Source: Nymphaea colorata (taxonomy: Eukaryota). From it: a DNA stretch of 64,000 nucleotides. The notes below the pieces were generated by a model that was given only the letters and a program-made list of their open reading frames with translations, was not told the origin of the DNA and searched no databases. The stretch covers positions 558,001 to 622,000 of the forward strand of contig NC_045138.2 of the NCBI RefSeq assembly GCF_008831285.2, read 5' to 3'. Below are positions 25,015-39,113 of this stretch, piece after piece. Position numbers and translations under genes: made by a program. Every line of letters starts with the position of its first letter. Within the stretch, counting starts at the first letter, position 1.

Positions 25015-25668
25015 TATATAAAAAAAAAAAATTAGCATCAAATCTGGAAATTGAATTGGATTCGGACTTAAGACATTAAGTCTGACCTGACTAGGATAAA
25101 TAAATACTTGATCAGATTCATATTCAAATTTAGTTTTCAATAAATATCCTCTATCTACTGCCCATCTTTTTTGAAAGTCAGCACCTAACATATCATAATG
25201 TCATTAGCATACAATTTAAAAGTCGGGTTCAGATTCAACCATAAATTTAAAAATTGGATTCAGATCTCATTGTGATTATAAATTCAGATTCATATTTGTA
25301 TAAACTTTTGTTCATTTGTGTTTGAATCCGAATTAGAATATGACTATGTGAACATCCAATAAAATAGATATGGCAAAGTAGATTCGATTTGAATTCCATT
25401 TGTTAAGATATATTCCTACTAGACCTAGACATCTATACATTGTGACAATTCTAACAATCAAACGGATCTCAAAAAAGTCCATGTCTCTATACTTATTAAA
25501 TGTTCAAAGAAGTAAAATAGAATGAATTTTTGGAATTGTCCCAACTAATAGTTTGTCGCTGCACGGGTTGAGCATCATGCCACCTACTTTAATACTATTT
25601 AGATGTTGGTTTAAGCTTAAAATGGAAAGAATCTGCCTATCAAAAACAAAATCAGGATTATTTGATTC

Positions 25669-25756
<88 letters not shown>

Positions 25757-26089
25757 AGACACTTAGGTCAAGGATAAAAATCAGACCCACTGATTTTTTA
25801 TTAAAAAACTATTTTAAATAAAATATAAAAAACTTAATATTTTGCAAAGACTATTTTATATAAAACATGCATTGATTCAAGTTGTTTTAATGAAAAATGT
25901 TGAATTTTTTATTATCATGCCATGGGGGCCATTCATTTTTTTCTTATTATAAAAATACCATTATTATCTAACAAATTATCAACTTAGTATATGTTTTGCA
26001 TCAACTCATTCTTAAGATCATATCAATAAGGTTAGATTGAAACAAAAAAAAACATTTTAAAAATCTAAATCAAATGGTCTGGTTTTTAT

Positions 26090-26184
<95 letters not shown>

Positions 26185-29108
26185 ATACATGATGGACCTG
26201 GACCAAGAGCTTGCATTAATAGGGTCAGTTTATCATGGGCTTGTCAAGCTCATTGAATGGATTCAAAGAAGCTTTTGCTTTTCTAATCATCAATTAGATA
26301 CAACGATAAATGAAAAGGACATGAAGGACTGCTCAGTTGCACATCGGCCACTTGAAAGACTGTTCGAAAGCAGGGCTTGTTAACGATGGATCAAAATATT
26401 TTGGGGATACCTTGATTGGATACGTTTATGTGTATCCAAATTGGATTCAGTTACAAAGTTTGACAGTTTGATCCAAATATGGGTTCCATTCACATGCCCA
26501 AATGAGTTTTATATTGAGTTCCAATTTAGTTGGATATTGAGAAGTTAGATCTAGAACCGGGCCATATGCATGCATGGAGAAAACATGCAAGTAAAGGGAC
26601 CTATTGCACATTTAGATGGGTCCGTCAGTTCGGCAAGATAAACCAAACACGGGATGTTTTCTCCTTGGCATTTTCCGCATTCACGGGACTACTTTCCCCC
26701 AACAATGTCGGTAAAAAGAAGTTCAAACCCGGAGGGGTCCGACTATTTTTTGGCGATGTTCTACATTTTCATGACTATTGATTTTCATGACTATTTTTGT
26801 GATGGAAAACTTTTTGGCCGTATCATTTGTCCCGTGACACATTGCATCCAGAGAAAAAAAAAAACCACCTTTGAATGTAAGAGATGGAGAGAAACGAAGA
26901 CAGAGACATCCCTGTTAGGATTCTGGGGTCCAATTATAAGGCACTTATAATTACCATCACGCCAACAGCAGGGTTGATGTGGGCCGCTGCCCACACCAAC
27001 CTATCATAAAGTTCATTGGAAGGATTTAAATTATATTGTAATCAGTTCCAAAAAATTTTCATAAATTATAACTTTAAAATTTTAACCAGTAGTTGAAATA
27101 TAATTTTTTAAAATTTTATACATGATAAATGAAATTTTTAAAATTTGTTTTTTTTAATTTTATACATGACAATTTTATATATATATATATAGGCCCACTT
27201 GAAGGACTAGATTTGTCATTTTGTGAAAGTCAAGTGCCCTCTTTTGGTTTGACAAGTAGACTGAAGTCATGATTGGTGGATCAAACTGAGTTGGTGTGGG
27301 TGTGGTCCTGTAGTGACAGGGAAACACAAGGGCCAAAATCGTCATTTTCTTTATTAACCCTGTGTGTGCAAGATGTTCTGACTGGATTGCGCAGAAAAAC
27401 GGGTCCAATTATGATGCTTAAATCTGGATACATATTTGGGTCCATGTGCTGTTAATGCTTGCTTCTTCCATAATAATCCTAAATTGTTTTGGTATTGGAA
27501 AGATCTAACCCGACACCGATCTGACCACCTTGTATTACTTGTAGTTGCAGGAGTTATTAGGGATGTAAATATATCTGATGTGTATTGGATATTAGACTGG
27601 ACCATTTTTTGGAACTTTTATATCGAAACTAATCCACACTACTTAATTTTACATGATTTAGTTTTTTTAATTTAGTTTTTATTATGTTTTTTAGAGTTAT
27701 TGCTTATTAACATGTAATATTTTTATTTATATCACTTTTTTATTTAAATTTTGCTTTCAATTTGATTTTATATGTATGTATATAACATGCCCATACTAGA
27801 ATTGTAAGGTACCCATGTAATATATGAACGGGCCTGACATGGACCTTTAAGGCGGATAATTTTGAGAATTCAGTCTCTAGTGGAAACAGGAAAGCAAACA
27901 CGCTCGGGTTGGATTACCCATGCGATATATGTCACGGAGATCCAAAATCTAAATGAACAGTTCAATACATAAAATGGATCTTGTTGAATATGGAATTGGG
28001 TCGGGTCCGAAACCGAATCCACAACCATTCATCTTATATGGATATGGACATTGTCAACTCACCTCAAGTGGACCATCTGAGATCCATTTTAGCTTCTTGT
28101 TGGAAGTCCAAAAGAAAAAAAGATGCTTTTGGCTTATCCTGTTTCCTTTTTGTTACCTCTTTTATTGGTTTTACAAGATTCCCTTGCAAATTTTCACCTG
28201 AGTTTTGTCCATTAATTAGGAGTAAAAGAACATACCACTTGAGCAATTGGATCCCTTGTCCTTTCTTCATTGGACCCACCCAGAGGAGACCACTGCTCTC
28301 TCACTACTTGAATATTATTGGCCTCTCAAGTATGTATAAATTAATGTCCCTACCATATAATTGGTGCTATTAGTCAAACTGATGATTATAATAATAACAA
28401 TATCAACAAAAATAAATCAATAAATAAATAATCAGATGGACCCTTTTTTCTTAATCTTAGTAAAGATAGACTCTTGAAGAAGAGCGAGCATAGGGCCAAG
28501 TGGCCAATGGGCATCCGGTACCCAGCTTGACTCAGATCTAGTCCGAGGTCTGATTGTTCATTTAAAATATTATTTTATTTAATATATATAATATAATGTA
28601 CAATGATATTCGAGTGGGGCTGGGCTGGGATGGGGTCTGGGTTGTGGTTGTGTGGTCAGGCCTGGACTCCGGCATGGGCTGTGGCCCGGCCCGACTTCTT
28701 ATGAGGCGGCCCATGGCCAACTGTCAATAATCTAGGAAAAATTGTTTTTTTTTTTAACTGGTTGGGCTTTTTCTTGGGCTCTTGGGCTCTTGGTATATTA
28801 ATTTTTGGAAATTGTATTCTTTAAAAATTATAATGTTTTTCAGCAACAAATGTGTGTGTGTGTGTGCATAATTAAACCAGCAACGTTCAGGTGGATTATT
28901 TTCTTTATTAAAAATTCTTGTAACTTGGCCATTAAAAATGAGAAAAAACAAATGTGGATATAAAAATATTATTTATACAAGTAGCAGTCTTATCCTAACA
29001 AATAATTGCTATAAGAATTTTTCCTTCAACATGAGAAAAGATAGCTTCCATCCAGTGAAAGTCACAGTTAGAAACTTTATGAACTTATTGGTGCTACTTG
29101 CACTTCAA

Positions 29109-29110
<2 letters not shown>

Positions 29111-29200
<90 letters not shown>
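29111..29200. repeat. (AT)~45 microsatellite, the longest of many
   Basis: Directly visible. Others: (AT)n ~14897-14945, ~23977-24011, ~25672-25753; compound (AT)n(AG)n ~16703-16792 and ~26094-26181; (GA)n ~1953-1986 and ~32810-32837. Confidence 0.95.
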
Positions 29201-29202
<2 letters not shown>

Positions 29203-29650
29203 AGATACTTTCACTCTATAATTGGTTCCCCAATCACATCAAGTCCCTATGGGAACAGTGTAGGGTCATCTAAGAAAAAAGGAAAGAACATGTTGGGTAA
29301 CTTTTTTGACTAGAAGAAACTTTGAGGTTGAAGCCTCACTAATAATTAACTCACTTGTTGGCCCTATCAGAAATTAAATTCTCAATTAAGTGAAGATAAA
29401 CAACTTGTTTGCATAAAGTTCACAAACCAACCAAACAGTTCATGGCTCACCTTTGGATGGTTTAAGTGAAAATTAAGCTTATAACCTCCACAAATTGAAG
29501 GACAAGCCCCTTCTTTAACTCAGTTTTTTAGCCAAGCACAAAAATGCTGCCCCAAGTTCTATTATTGGTCACCATTGTCGCTATCTTCGGTTAGCATAGC
29601 AGGTTGGACTAGTGCCAATGGGACTCTGTCGATGGCTCTATTCATGTTGG

Positions 29651-30068
29651 TCGGGATGTCAATGTATCCGATTTGAATCGGATATCCAAACGAACCGATC
29701 CAAAAAATTCGGATATGGAAAAAAAATTAGTATCCAATTAAGAAATTAGATTGGATTTGATTTAATAAATAGCATTCGGATATACATAAGTATCTGTTTG
29801 GATTTGGATTGAATTCATTTTAGACAAAATATCATATATCTAATGCTATTACATTTTGAAAATTAGCAAAATCCTTATTCAAGTTCCAATCCGAATCGGA
29901 TTCAAATTGTAAAATCGGATTTTGGATTGAGATTATAAAATTGAATTTTGGATTCTGATTCGGATATTATTTTTCTTTATTCATATTATAATCTGAATAT
30001 GTGAATATTCAACAAACAAATATGATTAAGGGTATGTCCAATCTGGATCTGATCCGTTGACAACCCTA
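29651..30068. mobile_element. TAGGGATGTCAA-family hAT MITE; relatives at ~5963-6348, ~21826-22155 and a partial one ending near 31535
   Basis: Ends TCGGGATGTCAA / TTGACAACCCTA; flanks CATGTTGG / CATGTGAG (6/8); subterminal ATCCG/CGGAT repeats. Confidence 0.7.
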
Positions 30069-32805
30069 CATGTGAGCCATTAGGGTGGAGCAGTACAGTA
30101 TCCTATCTCTTTTCCTAGCTCTAATGCAGTTGTAGACCCCAAGGACTAAGCAGTTTGGGCCTTCTTATGGGTAATGTAGTTACCTTCTTCTCACCCATAA
30201 ACATTTTTTATTAGGTATATCATATTTGTTCTAAGTTTTAAGAGAGAAGCCAACTCTTCATTCAAGTTGTTTGTTTGTTTCAGATGTAAAGCTTTGTGGG
30301 AGGGTTTGGAATCATCTCTCATTTCTTCCCTAAAAATGTTTTCCTCATTGGTTAATCTATGATTAAAGAATGCCTGCTTGGACATCAAACTTTAAAGTAC
30401 CATTGGTTTTTGCAGATTTGATAGCTATAGATCCATGCAAGGGATCAAATTAAAGTTTCTAAATTTTGACAGAAATATCATTTTTTAAAATTTTTATATA
30501 AGACAAGTAAACTTTTTTAAAATTTACATGTAAATTTTTTTTAAAAATAACATGATATATGGTAAGGATTTTAGGGCAAACCTAATATTTACCGGTGACA
30601 TCCTTATTTTATTGAATACTAGTGAGAGAAAGGTCTGATCAAGAATCCATGGATCTGAAATGAAATTCTGAGAATCATAATCGAGAATCGATCCAAGGCA
30701 ATCCATCAACCCCCATCCAATCATACATCAAATCTATGTCCTTTTTTTCTTTTTAATATGTGGCATAGATCTTAGATTAGCGAAAACTCCTAGTCAAGTG
30801 GGAAGGGCTACATTGGCTGGACTTTTGACTACTAAGCCTGCCTCTTTCCCATTGTACACATATATTATTTGAGTAAAACTTTAGAAACATAGAGGTAAAA
30901 AATTTTGTAATAGTAAAAAAACATGTTTAACTTACTAAGGGCAGTTTCCTTACTTGGTGGCTAACAAGTGCTCCCCTACCTCCCTACCGTTTTGAGGAGA
31001 GGGGCATTTTTTTTATCTTCTTTTTGAAAAAGTTGTTTTTCCATTTTCACTTTCGGTTGAGGAGTAATTTTATCTTATTTTTTTACCAGTTGTCAATTTC
31101 AACTCAGGGGTTTCATAGCTATTTGGATGTCGTGTCAAGTTTGGGTTTGAGAGACAAAAGTTGATTTTTAGGAATGCTAATATATTTGATTTGAGTTTGA
31201 TACTCAACTGAACCACTTTGAAAAAAAAAATTGTATATGGAAAAAAAGTTTAATAATCTGATTAAGAAATAGATCGAATTCTAATTTAAGAAATGACATC
31301 TGGTTGGATTTGGATTCAAATATGAATTTGGATTGAATCTATTTTTAAAGAAATATTGTATATCTAATGTTCTTACATTTTAAAAAACGACCAAATACGG
31401 TTCAAAATTCATATTTGAATTGTGAAAGCAGATTTTAAATTCAAATTTGAATATGAATCTGAATCTGAATGTGTGAATTTCTAAAAAAGCAAGTTAAGAG
31501 TATACTCGGTCCGAATTCGATCCAATGACATTCCTAATCATTTTGTTTATGAAACCTGGTTTGGAGGGTTTTGGGCCGATGTGTGAGCTCATGCCCATCC
31601 GCTTTTTCATCCAAAACGTCGTTTTGGGGAGCGGGGGCCAAGCTATTAATCTTTTAAAAAACATGGTTAATTAAAAAAATGACTCATAAAGTTTATTCCT
31701 AAGGAATTAACTGTTAGTTCAATGAAAATTTGTCATTTACTATCTAAAGAAAAAGAAAAAATTACCTAATTTGTTGACACATCTATGCTTTTCTTGAGTG
31801 TGTTTCCAGCATTAATAGAAGCAAAAAAAATGTTCACTTTAACTAATTTAGATATTCATAAAGAAAACCTAACTAATTTGAATGTAGTTTAATATTAATT
31901 AGGGTTACTGGTAATGAGACTAATGCAAACTAATTAATGAAACATGAAAACTTACTCGAGCTATTTTGCTCACTTTATGTCATTCATCTAACTTAGTGGT
32001 AAGTTAGGCTTAATTGACCAAGGTGTATTTTTTAATTAAGAGTGAAAAAACATAAGTTTGTTTCCACAAATATTATTGTCAAATCCTAAGTGGGTCGTTC
32101 AAAACTTTGGTTGTAATTTATATTATTTCTACAAAAAGGTTAGCATGGAAATGTTTTTATATTACTTCCAAAGGCGTGTCGAAATAATTTAATCTACAGC
32201 TTGTTATGGCGAATCAAATGTCGACAGCAACCGGTCTACTTCAATGTGTAAAACACTTATCTAATTGAAAAGGAAAGAAAGATCAAAACTAAGCCACGAA
32301 TACGAGTGGTCGATATAATCGGAGTTGAGCCCTTAATTGTCGCTGCAAAAGAATCTTCGACGGTGTTCCAATCCGTCGGCTACGATCACATGTATGCATC
32401 ACACCAAACAGCTATCGACGATAAGATGTTCACGTGCGATCAAAGGGCAGCCATGAAATGAATGCCAAAAAGTAGAGCTTCTTGGAGAAAATTCTTCGTC
32501 TTCTCTTTACAGACAAAGACTAGCAGCTGCCCTTTTCCTTTAATACAGTTACCAGTGGCAAAGGTACCCTTGTTCCATCTTCTGGTTGAAAATTGACTGC
32601 ACAATCCGAGGCTTGTAAGTAGAACCTGCTGCACCTCACATAATCAGAAGGGGAGAGCTCAAGGGCCAGGGGAGTAAAAAAGATGGACAGATGGACCGTG
32701 GGAGGTGAGTTTCTCTCACTAGAAAGTCTAAACCACCACCATCCTTTCATTTTCTGTGGGTGGTCCTCGTGGTTGCCTTTCTGTGCAATCTTTTTGAAAA
32801 TCTCG

Positions 32806-32840
<35 letters not shown>

Positions 32841-34511
32841 AAGACATGCCTCATGCTTCAAATGGCTCGTCTTTGATTCTTATTCTAATGAGTTCCATGG
32901 GCCCCTCCCCTCGTAACCCAGATGACGAAAAGGGAAATCTTCGCTCTCCTATTATTGCTGGCTCTCTCTTGTTGTGGAGGGAAAATGCATCTTGTCCTTG
33001 ATCAAAGTACCCAGAGAAGGCATCTCTTTCTTTCACCTATTTGGTTGTATGTGGTCCTTTGCTTTCCTTTTGTCCTTCATTTTTTACTGCTTCTCTTGAA
33101 TTACATTTGCTTGGCTCTGTCTTCTTTGTTTAGCCTGCTTTTGCCATGAGATTGGTTCGTTGCAAGTGGTCTATTTTATTCATAAAGTCAATAGACTTGT
33201 CCTCTGCTTCACTTTACTTTTTTGTTTCCTAGCTCGCATGTTCTGCGACCCCTGGTAGGAATTCCTTCTTGGTCTTTGTTTCCTTGGGAAGAAGCCCATT
33301 CGAGGATTCTTTGTACCTTGTCTCTTTTCTTGTTACATTTTAGGAAAACCATGGTAAAAGGGGTGGGGTTTTTTGGCTTTCGCTGACAAACCCATTTGCA
33401 GGGGGGGGGGGGGTTGGGGGGGGTGCTCTCTCTTTTTCTGCTTGCTTCTACTTTTGTCTATTACTTGAATTATTATGACTGCTAGACTGAAAATTTTCAC
33501 GCTTTCTTTCAAGTGGTTAATTTTTAGTGTCTGATAGTATTATAACTAGGCATGTTCCTGGTGGGTTATCTGATCCTTGCTTCTTCTTTGTGTTGTTTTC
33601 TCCTCAGGTTTTATTGATCAAGGTCGGCTGCTGCAAAATCAAGGTACGTCCTTTTTATCGTTGTAGAGGCTTTTCTTCGGCTACAAGAATTTCGGTTCTG
33701 TACTATTTCTTGAATCCGCAGAGTTGTGAACTCCGTTGACTGCATAATATTTTCCGTGATATGAGTTCTCTGTTTTGCTGTTCAGCAAACAAAGCGAGTA
33801 GAATGGACCTTTGCTTTCTGTTTGGTTTCTTTTAAGATGGTGATGGATGCTATATTGGAAAATTAATAGTCTCGCTTTACATGAAACATTGATACTCTGA
33901 TGGTATCGTGCATCCTTTCTGGGATCATTTGCACTACCTACTTTCATAAATCATGTAACCTTGTGGGTAACGTTCTACGGAACACCTTATGGGTAATGGT
34001 TAAGCTTCTGTCACTCCATTTTCTTCTCAGTTTAGGCGGTGATAGTTGTCTGAAAGTACCCAGTGGCTAATACTAAGTGTCCAGATCTAATTTACATATT
34101 TGAGTTTGGATGACTGAGTAGTGAGTACTTATACCATCTGTTTATTGAAACGACTTTATATTAAATTTCTTCATATGCATTTCAGTGTTCTCAACTTATT
34201 ATTTCTGTGAACAGAGAAGTATCTTCCCGCTGGTCAACTCTCCTTGGTCGCATGACCTGTTGTATTTTTGCTCCCAATTGACTGCACAATCTTTTCGATA
34301 GCTTGAGTTTTCTGCTTTCTTTTCCTACATGAAGAGCAAGTTTGATTGATTTTTTGCTTTCTGCCGTTGAATTGGTGATGGATATTGTATCGAAGATTAT
34401 GGCTTGTCTTTGTTACATGAAATATTGACGCTATTATGGTACTCTATTAACCTCTCTGAAATCATTTACACCTCTTTCGTGAACCATAGTACTTATAGAT
34501 AATGTTTTAGC

Positions 34512-35238
34512 CAGTGTTGTACGTATCGTACGATACGGGGCCGTATCGTACGATACGTATCGTATCGTTTGAAAAATACGATACGATACACCCCCTGTAT
34601 CGCAAATGGGGGTGTATCGTACTTGTATCGTACGATACGTGCGGTACGGGCCCCCGTATCGTACGATACGGGCTGATTTCTAAAAAGGAGACTTGAACCC
34701 CATTTTTTCGAGTTTTTTTTATAAAAACCCACCCCTTCCTCATTTCTAATCTATAGATTGTACCGTTTTAGAGGGAAATCATTGATTTCCATTGTGAAAT
34801 CATCGATTTCCATTGTGAAATCATCGATTGTCACCGTGAAATCATCTATTAAACCATGGATTTGTGCATGGGTGGCTGATTCCCATTGAGAGGAAATGGT
34901 TTTTTTTTAAACCATGAAGATAAAGATGAAAAAGAATGATATTGTTATGAATTTTGATGTCTATGAAGTATGAATGATGAACCGTGAACGTGTAAGTTTA
35001 TAGCATTTAGCAAAATAATAAGTCTATCATTATCTAAAAGACTAAACCATGTTTTCTATGAAGAATTTATTATTTTTAATTTTTTCTGATTTTTTATGAT
35101 TTTTTTGATTTTTTTTTAAAAAAATTCTGATTTATTATTATTATTTTTTTAAATTTACGATACGGTTACGATACGTTACGATACAGCGTATCTTAAAGCC
35201 CGACCGATACGCCTTACAATACGCTTTTTACAACATTG
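34512..35238. mobile_element. Non-autonomous hAT element (727 bp) upstream of the GRAS CDS
   Basis: Perfect 8-bp TSD GTTTTAGC (34504-34511 and 35239-35246). TIRs CAGTGTTGTA / TACAACATTG with 1 mismatch. Dense subterminal CGATAC/GTATCG motifs. Confidence 0.9.
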
Positions 35239-37397
35239 GTTTTAGCTGATGAAAATAGCCTCCACAGTGGTTTCACAGGCTTGAAGGGGTCTACCGGAGG
35301 CTATTGATATAGTGGGAATCCATTTCCAATCCACATTATTTTAGTTTGAGCCATTGAGTGCTTGCCATCTGTTATTGGAACATGTTATCAACGTCTCTGC
35401 ATGTGTATTTTAACATTCTTGAATAATTCATTATGAACAAAAATACGCCTTCCTATTAGGTAAGCTATCGTGTGTCTCCATTTTTATTGGTTTTCACTTG
35501 AAAAATTCAAATTTGAAATGTTCACTATTTTTCTTTTCAGATGGTCCGTGTATAGGCATCTCGATCTTGGAGATTTTGTTTGCAAGTTATGTTTACATTA
35601 GTGGTTATAACATTTGGTTTATTGAGTAGGAAATATAAAATTGGATTCTTGGTAGTGAATGAGAGCACGTAGAGTTGTAAATCCAGGTTCTTTTTTCCAA
35701 TCCGAATGTCTGTAATCCATCAAGGTGTAGTATGAAGGATATTATATGGCATTTATGTTGAATCTTTCTGTTGGAACCACCAGCTATTAAACAGTAAGTA
35801 TAAGATATCCATTATATCTTAGAATTCCATTAATGAGGCCTTCATTATATGTGCATCGGGTCCAGCAATTAGCTTGTCTAACATATCGCGAAGGCACCAT
35901 AGCCCCATTCATTTTGCGCTGGAGGAGCACATATTTTACCTGTTTTCGCTTTTCAAATTTTAATGGGTACTTGAATCCTTGCACTTCTCTAGTGCATAAC
36001 TGAGAATTAATTATTGACAATCATTTTGCCGCCACTAGTTACTGTAGGAATCAATTAATTTACCTTTTGATGCTTGCAATTCAAAAATGTGTTGATCAAT
36101 GAAGTGCACAAACTAGGTTAAATGTTAACAGATGTGTTGTTAGCACTTGGCAGTTGTTCAGTTTAACATAATAAATAATTTAACCAGGTGTAACTATTTA
36201 TTACTGTTCAAGCATCTTTAGCAAGCTGAAACTTTAATCTTCATGTCATTATAAATTGGTAAATTTAACATCACAGGATGGTGAACCCTTTGTCTTGTAT
36301 AGATCCCATTGGGAGATTGAATTCCAGCTTGTGGTCAGTTTTTTAGTTGAAACAAGATGGAAGATTTTCCAATTAACTCTTATTTTAAATTATCAACAGA
36401 ATCAAGAATTTATGGATTGATATTGAGTTATAGTGCTGTTAATAACTTAGACTTGTACTGCTGTTAATAACTTAATGTCCAGCAGTCATCAGTCATGTAT
36501 GTTGGGGGTGCGATAGTAGTCTGCGATCATACAAAGAAAATGCAGAAAAGGTGAATTTGGTGGACTATGCATTGCAAGTTTTAACGGATAATTTTTATTT
36601 TTTATGTTAAACTGAGTTGTAGCTCAAGGTAATTATGAATGATACAGATCTAGCCTTTCTGATGGTGTCTTTAGACAATATAAAACTGTTCTGCAGTTTA
36701 CTTTGCTCGTTCTGTAGCTATTGCTCAGGAGCTGCCATTCAATTCATCAATGAAACTTTTAATGTTCTAGTGTATGATCATGCTGCTTTATTGTTTATGT
36801 CAGTACAATGCCTTGTCAGGATGGGTAAGAAAAGTAAGGCCTCAGTTATCAACTCTGGACGTACACACATGGAATACATGCTGAAAGATAAAGGAAAATG
36901 GGTCTGAACTCTGAGAGACATCTTTGCAAGCATATCTCGGAAGTTTATTTCTTCTTTTGGTTGAAGAAAAGCCTTAGCAACCCGTCCTGTTTGATTGAGT
37001 AGCATGCTTATTGTGATCTATGATGCCACTGCCTTTGTCAGGGGTCTATGGATGAAATTGCCATTTGTCACACTTCATTCCACTACTTGCATCTTAGATC
37101 CTCACGAAATACTGACTTTTTTTTTCTTGCTAGTAATATTCAGATAATAGGAAATGCATGTTTGCACTAGCTCCTTATTGGCGATCTTCTCTTCTTTCAG
37201 ATCTCAAATGGCTTCAGAGAGTACGGACTCCCATAAGCATCATTGTCTTAATTGTTTCTTTTCTTTGTAAAGGAAATATCAAAAGAAAAGGTCATGCTGC
37301 TAGACCGAGTAGAGAACCATGTGTTTGTTGAGCACTACCAAACTGCTTAGCTTGTTGGATACTGAACCCATCTTCTACTAAAACAAACATAGCTGCA

Positions 37398-39113
37398 ATG
37401 GCAACATTTTCTTACGTTAGTGTTCCACAGAAGAGAAAGTTCATATACAGTGAACCAGAGCCCCCACGTGGTGGTATTTATGATGGGCAGTTTCTCCGTC
37501 TTCCTGCCACAGGAGAGGTGTCGGTACAGCCAAACTTTCAGAATTACAATGAGCCTCGAGCAAATGGAAGCATGCTCCAGTCTGTGAGACCTACTGCTTA
37601 TCAGTCACTTGATAGTTCCGGTTCCTCTGATGCTACTCAAGACTCGTATGGTTCCTTGAATGCTGCTGTTAACAGGCACTTTTGGAGTTTCTCCAATTCA
37701 GAGTCCAGCCATATCCTGGACACAAGTTTTGAAGATCACAGTGCATGTGAAATCAGAAAGAAACTTGAAGAACTCGAAAGAGAATTGTTGGATGATAATG
37801 TTAACAAGGAGATGGAGGACTGTCAGGACATTTGTGTCGATGGAGAATGGGCTGAACCAATAGAGAATCTCTTGCTGGTAAATTCCCCAAAGGAATCATC
37901 TTCTGATTCAAATCTTAGCGGCAGTAAAGAAATGTCCAATGGTCCAGTTACTAGTCCTCTTAGGAATCTGAGGGAGATAGTAAGAAGCCCAAAAGAATTG
38001 CTCTTTGAGTGTGCATTAGCAATATCTGAAGGTAAACTGGAAGAAGCATCTACCATGATCAATGATCTCAGGCAAATGGTGTCAATTGAAGGTGACCCTG
38101 AACAGAGGATCACAGCATACATGGTGGAAGGCCTTGCAGCTCGTTTGGCAGGTACGGGGCATGGGCTATACAAAGCTCTCAAATGCAAGGAGCCACCAAC
38201 CTCTGATCGCCTCGCAGCCATGCAAATACTTTTTGAGGGTTGCCCATGTTTTAAATTTGGATTCATGGCAGCCAATGGTGCCATTGCTGAGGCACTCAAA
38301 GATGAAAAGTGTGTTCATATAATTGATTTTGACATAAATCAAGGAAGTCAGTACATAACTCTTATTCAAGCTCTTTCTACCAGGCAAACCAGTAACCCTA
38401 CACGTGTTAGAATAACAGGGGTGGATGATCCTGAGTCGGTACAACGTGCAGTTGGTGGCTTGAGAAACATTGGCCAGAGGCTTGAGATGCTAGCAGAGGC
38501 AGCTGGTGTTCCATTCGAGTTTAGGGCTATACCTGCAAAAACATGTGATGTAACTCGGAACATGCTCGACCTCCGACCTAGGGAGGAGGCATTGATTGTC
38601 AATTTTGCATTTCAGCTTCATCATATGCCTGACGAAAGTGTCTCGACACTGAACCAGCGGGACCATCTTCTGCGCATGGTGAAGAGCCTGAACCCAAAGT
38701 TGGTTACTGTTGTAGAGCAAGACGTAAATACAAACACAGCACCATTCTTAGCTCGGTTCCATGAGGTTTATGAGTACTATTTAGCTATATTCCAGTCATT
38801 AGATGTAACCATGCCGAGGGAGAGGCCGGACAGAATGAATGTGGAAAGGCAGTGTCTTGCTCGCAATATAGTAAACATTGTGGCATGTGAAGGGGAAGAA
38901 AGAATTGAAAGGTATGAAGTTGCAGGAAAGTGGAGAGCAAGAATGATGATGGCAGGATTTGAAGCATGCCCACTGAGCGCATACGTGAACGATACAATCA
39001 GGACGCTTCTTCATAGATCATACTGTGACAGATACAAACTGAAGGATGAAGGTGGTGCGCTGTACTTCGGGTGGGAGGGGAAGAACCTGGTTGTAGCCTC
39101 AGCATGGAGATAA
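37398..39113 (+). CDS. SCL1: GRAS transcription regulator, PAT1 subfamily, SCARECROW-LIKE 1-like (571 aa, intronless CDS)
   Basis: VHIID and C-terminal SAW motifs; AYMVEGLAAR, LYKALKCKEPP, FQLHHMPDESVS and ERQCLARNIVNIVACEG match the PAT1/SCL1 clade. Confidence 0.95.
   Translation: MATFSYVSVPQKRKFIYSEPEPPRGGIYDGQFLRLPATGEVSVQPNFQNYNEPRANGSMLQSVRPTAYQSLDSSGSSDATQDSYGSLNAAVNRHFWSFSNSESSHILDTSFEDHSACEIRKKLEELERELLDDNVNKEMEDCQDICVDGEWAEPIENLLLVNSPKESSSDSNLSGSKEMSNGPVTSPLRNLREIVRSPKELLFECALAISEGKLEEASTMINDLRQMVSIEGDPEQRITAYMVEGLAARLAGTGHGLYKALKCKEPPTSDRLAAMQILFEGCPCFKFGFMAANGAIAEALKDEKCVHIIDFDINQGSQYITLIQALSTRQTSNPTRVRITGVDDPESVQRAVGGLRNIGQRLEMLAEAAGVPFEFRAIPAKTCDVTRNMLDLRPREEALIVNFAFQLHHMPDESVSTLNQRDHLLRMVKSLNPKLVTVVEQDVNTNTAPFLARFHEVYEYYLAIFQSLDVTMPRERPDRMNVERQCLARNIVNIVACEGEERIERYEVAGKWRARMMMAGFEACPLSAYVNDTIRTLLHRSYCDRYKLKDEGGALYFGWEGKNLVVASAWR

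Noticed and set aside
5311..27140. Triplication as a haplotype or assembly artefact
   Set aside because: The copies differ by many substitutions and indels, a frameshift and an inversion, more than expected for mis-assembled alleles. The (AT)n junctions still need read support.
14833..29313. ORFs with IYIYIY, ERERER or THTHTH runs
   Set aside because: Translations of (AT)n, (GA)n and (CA)n microsatellites.
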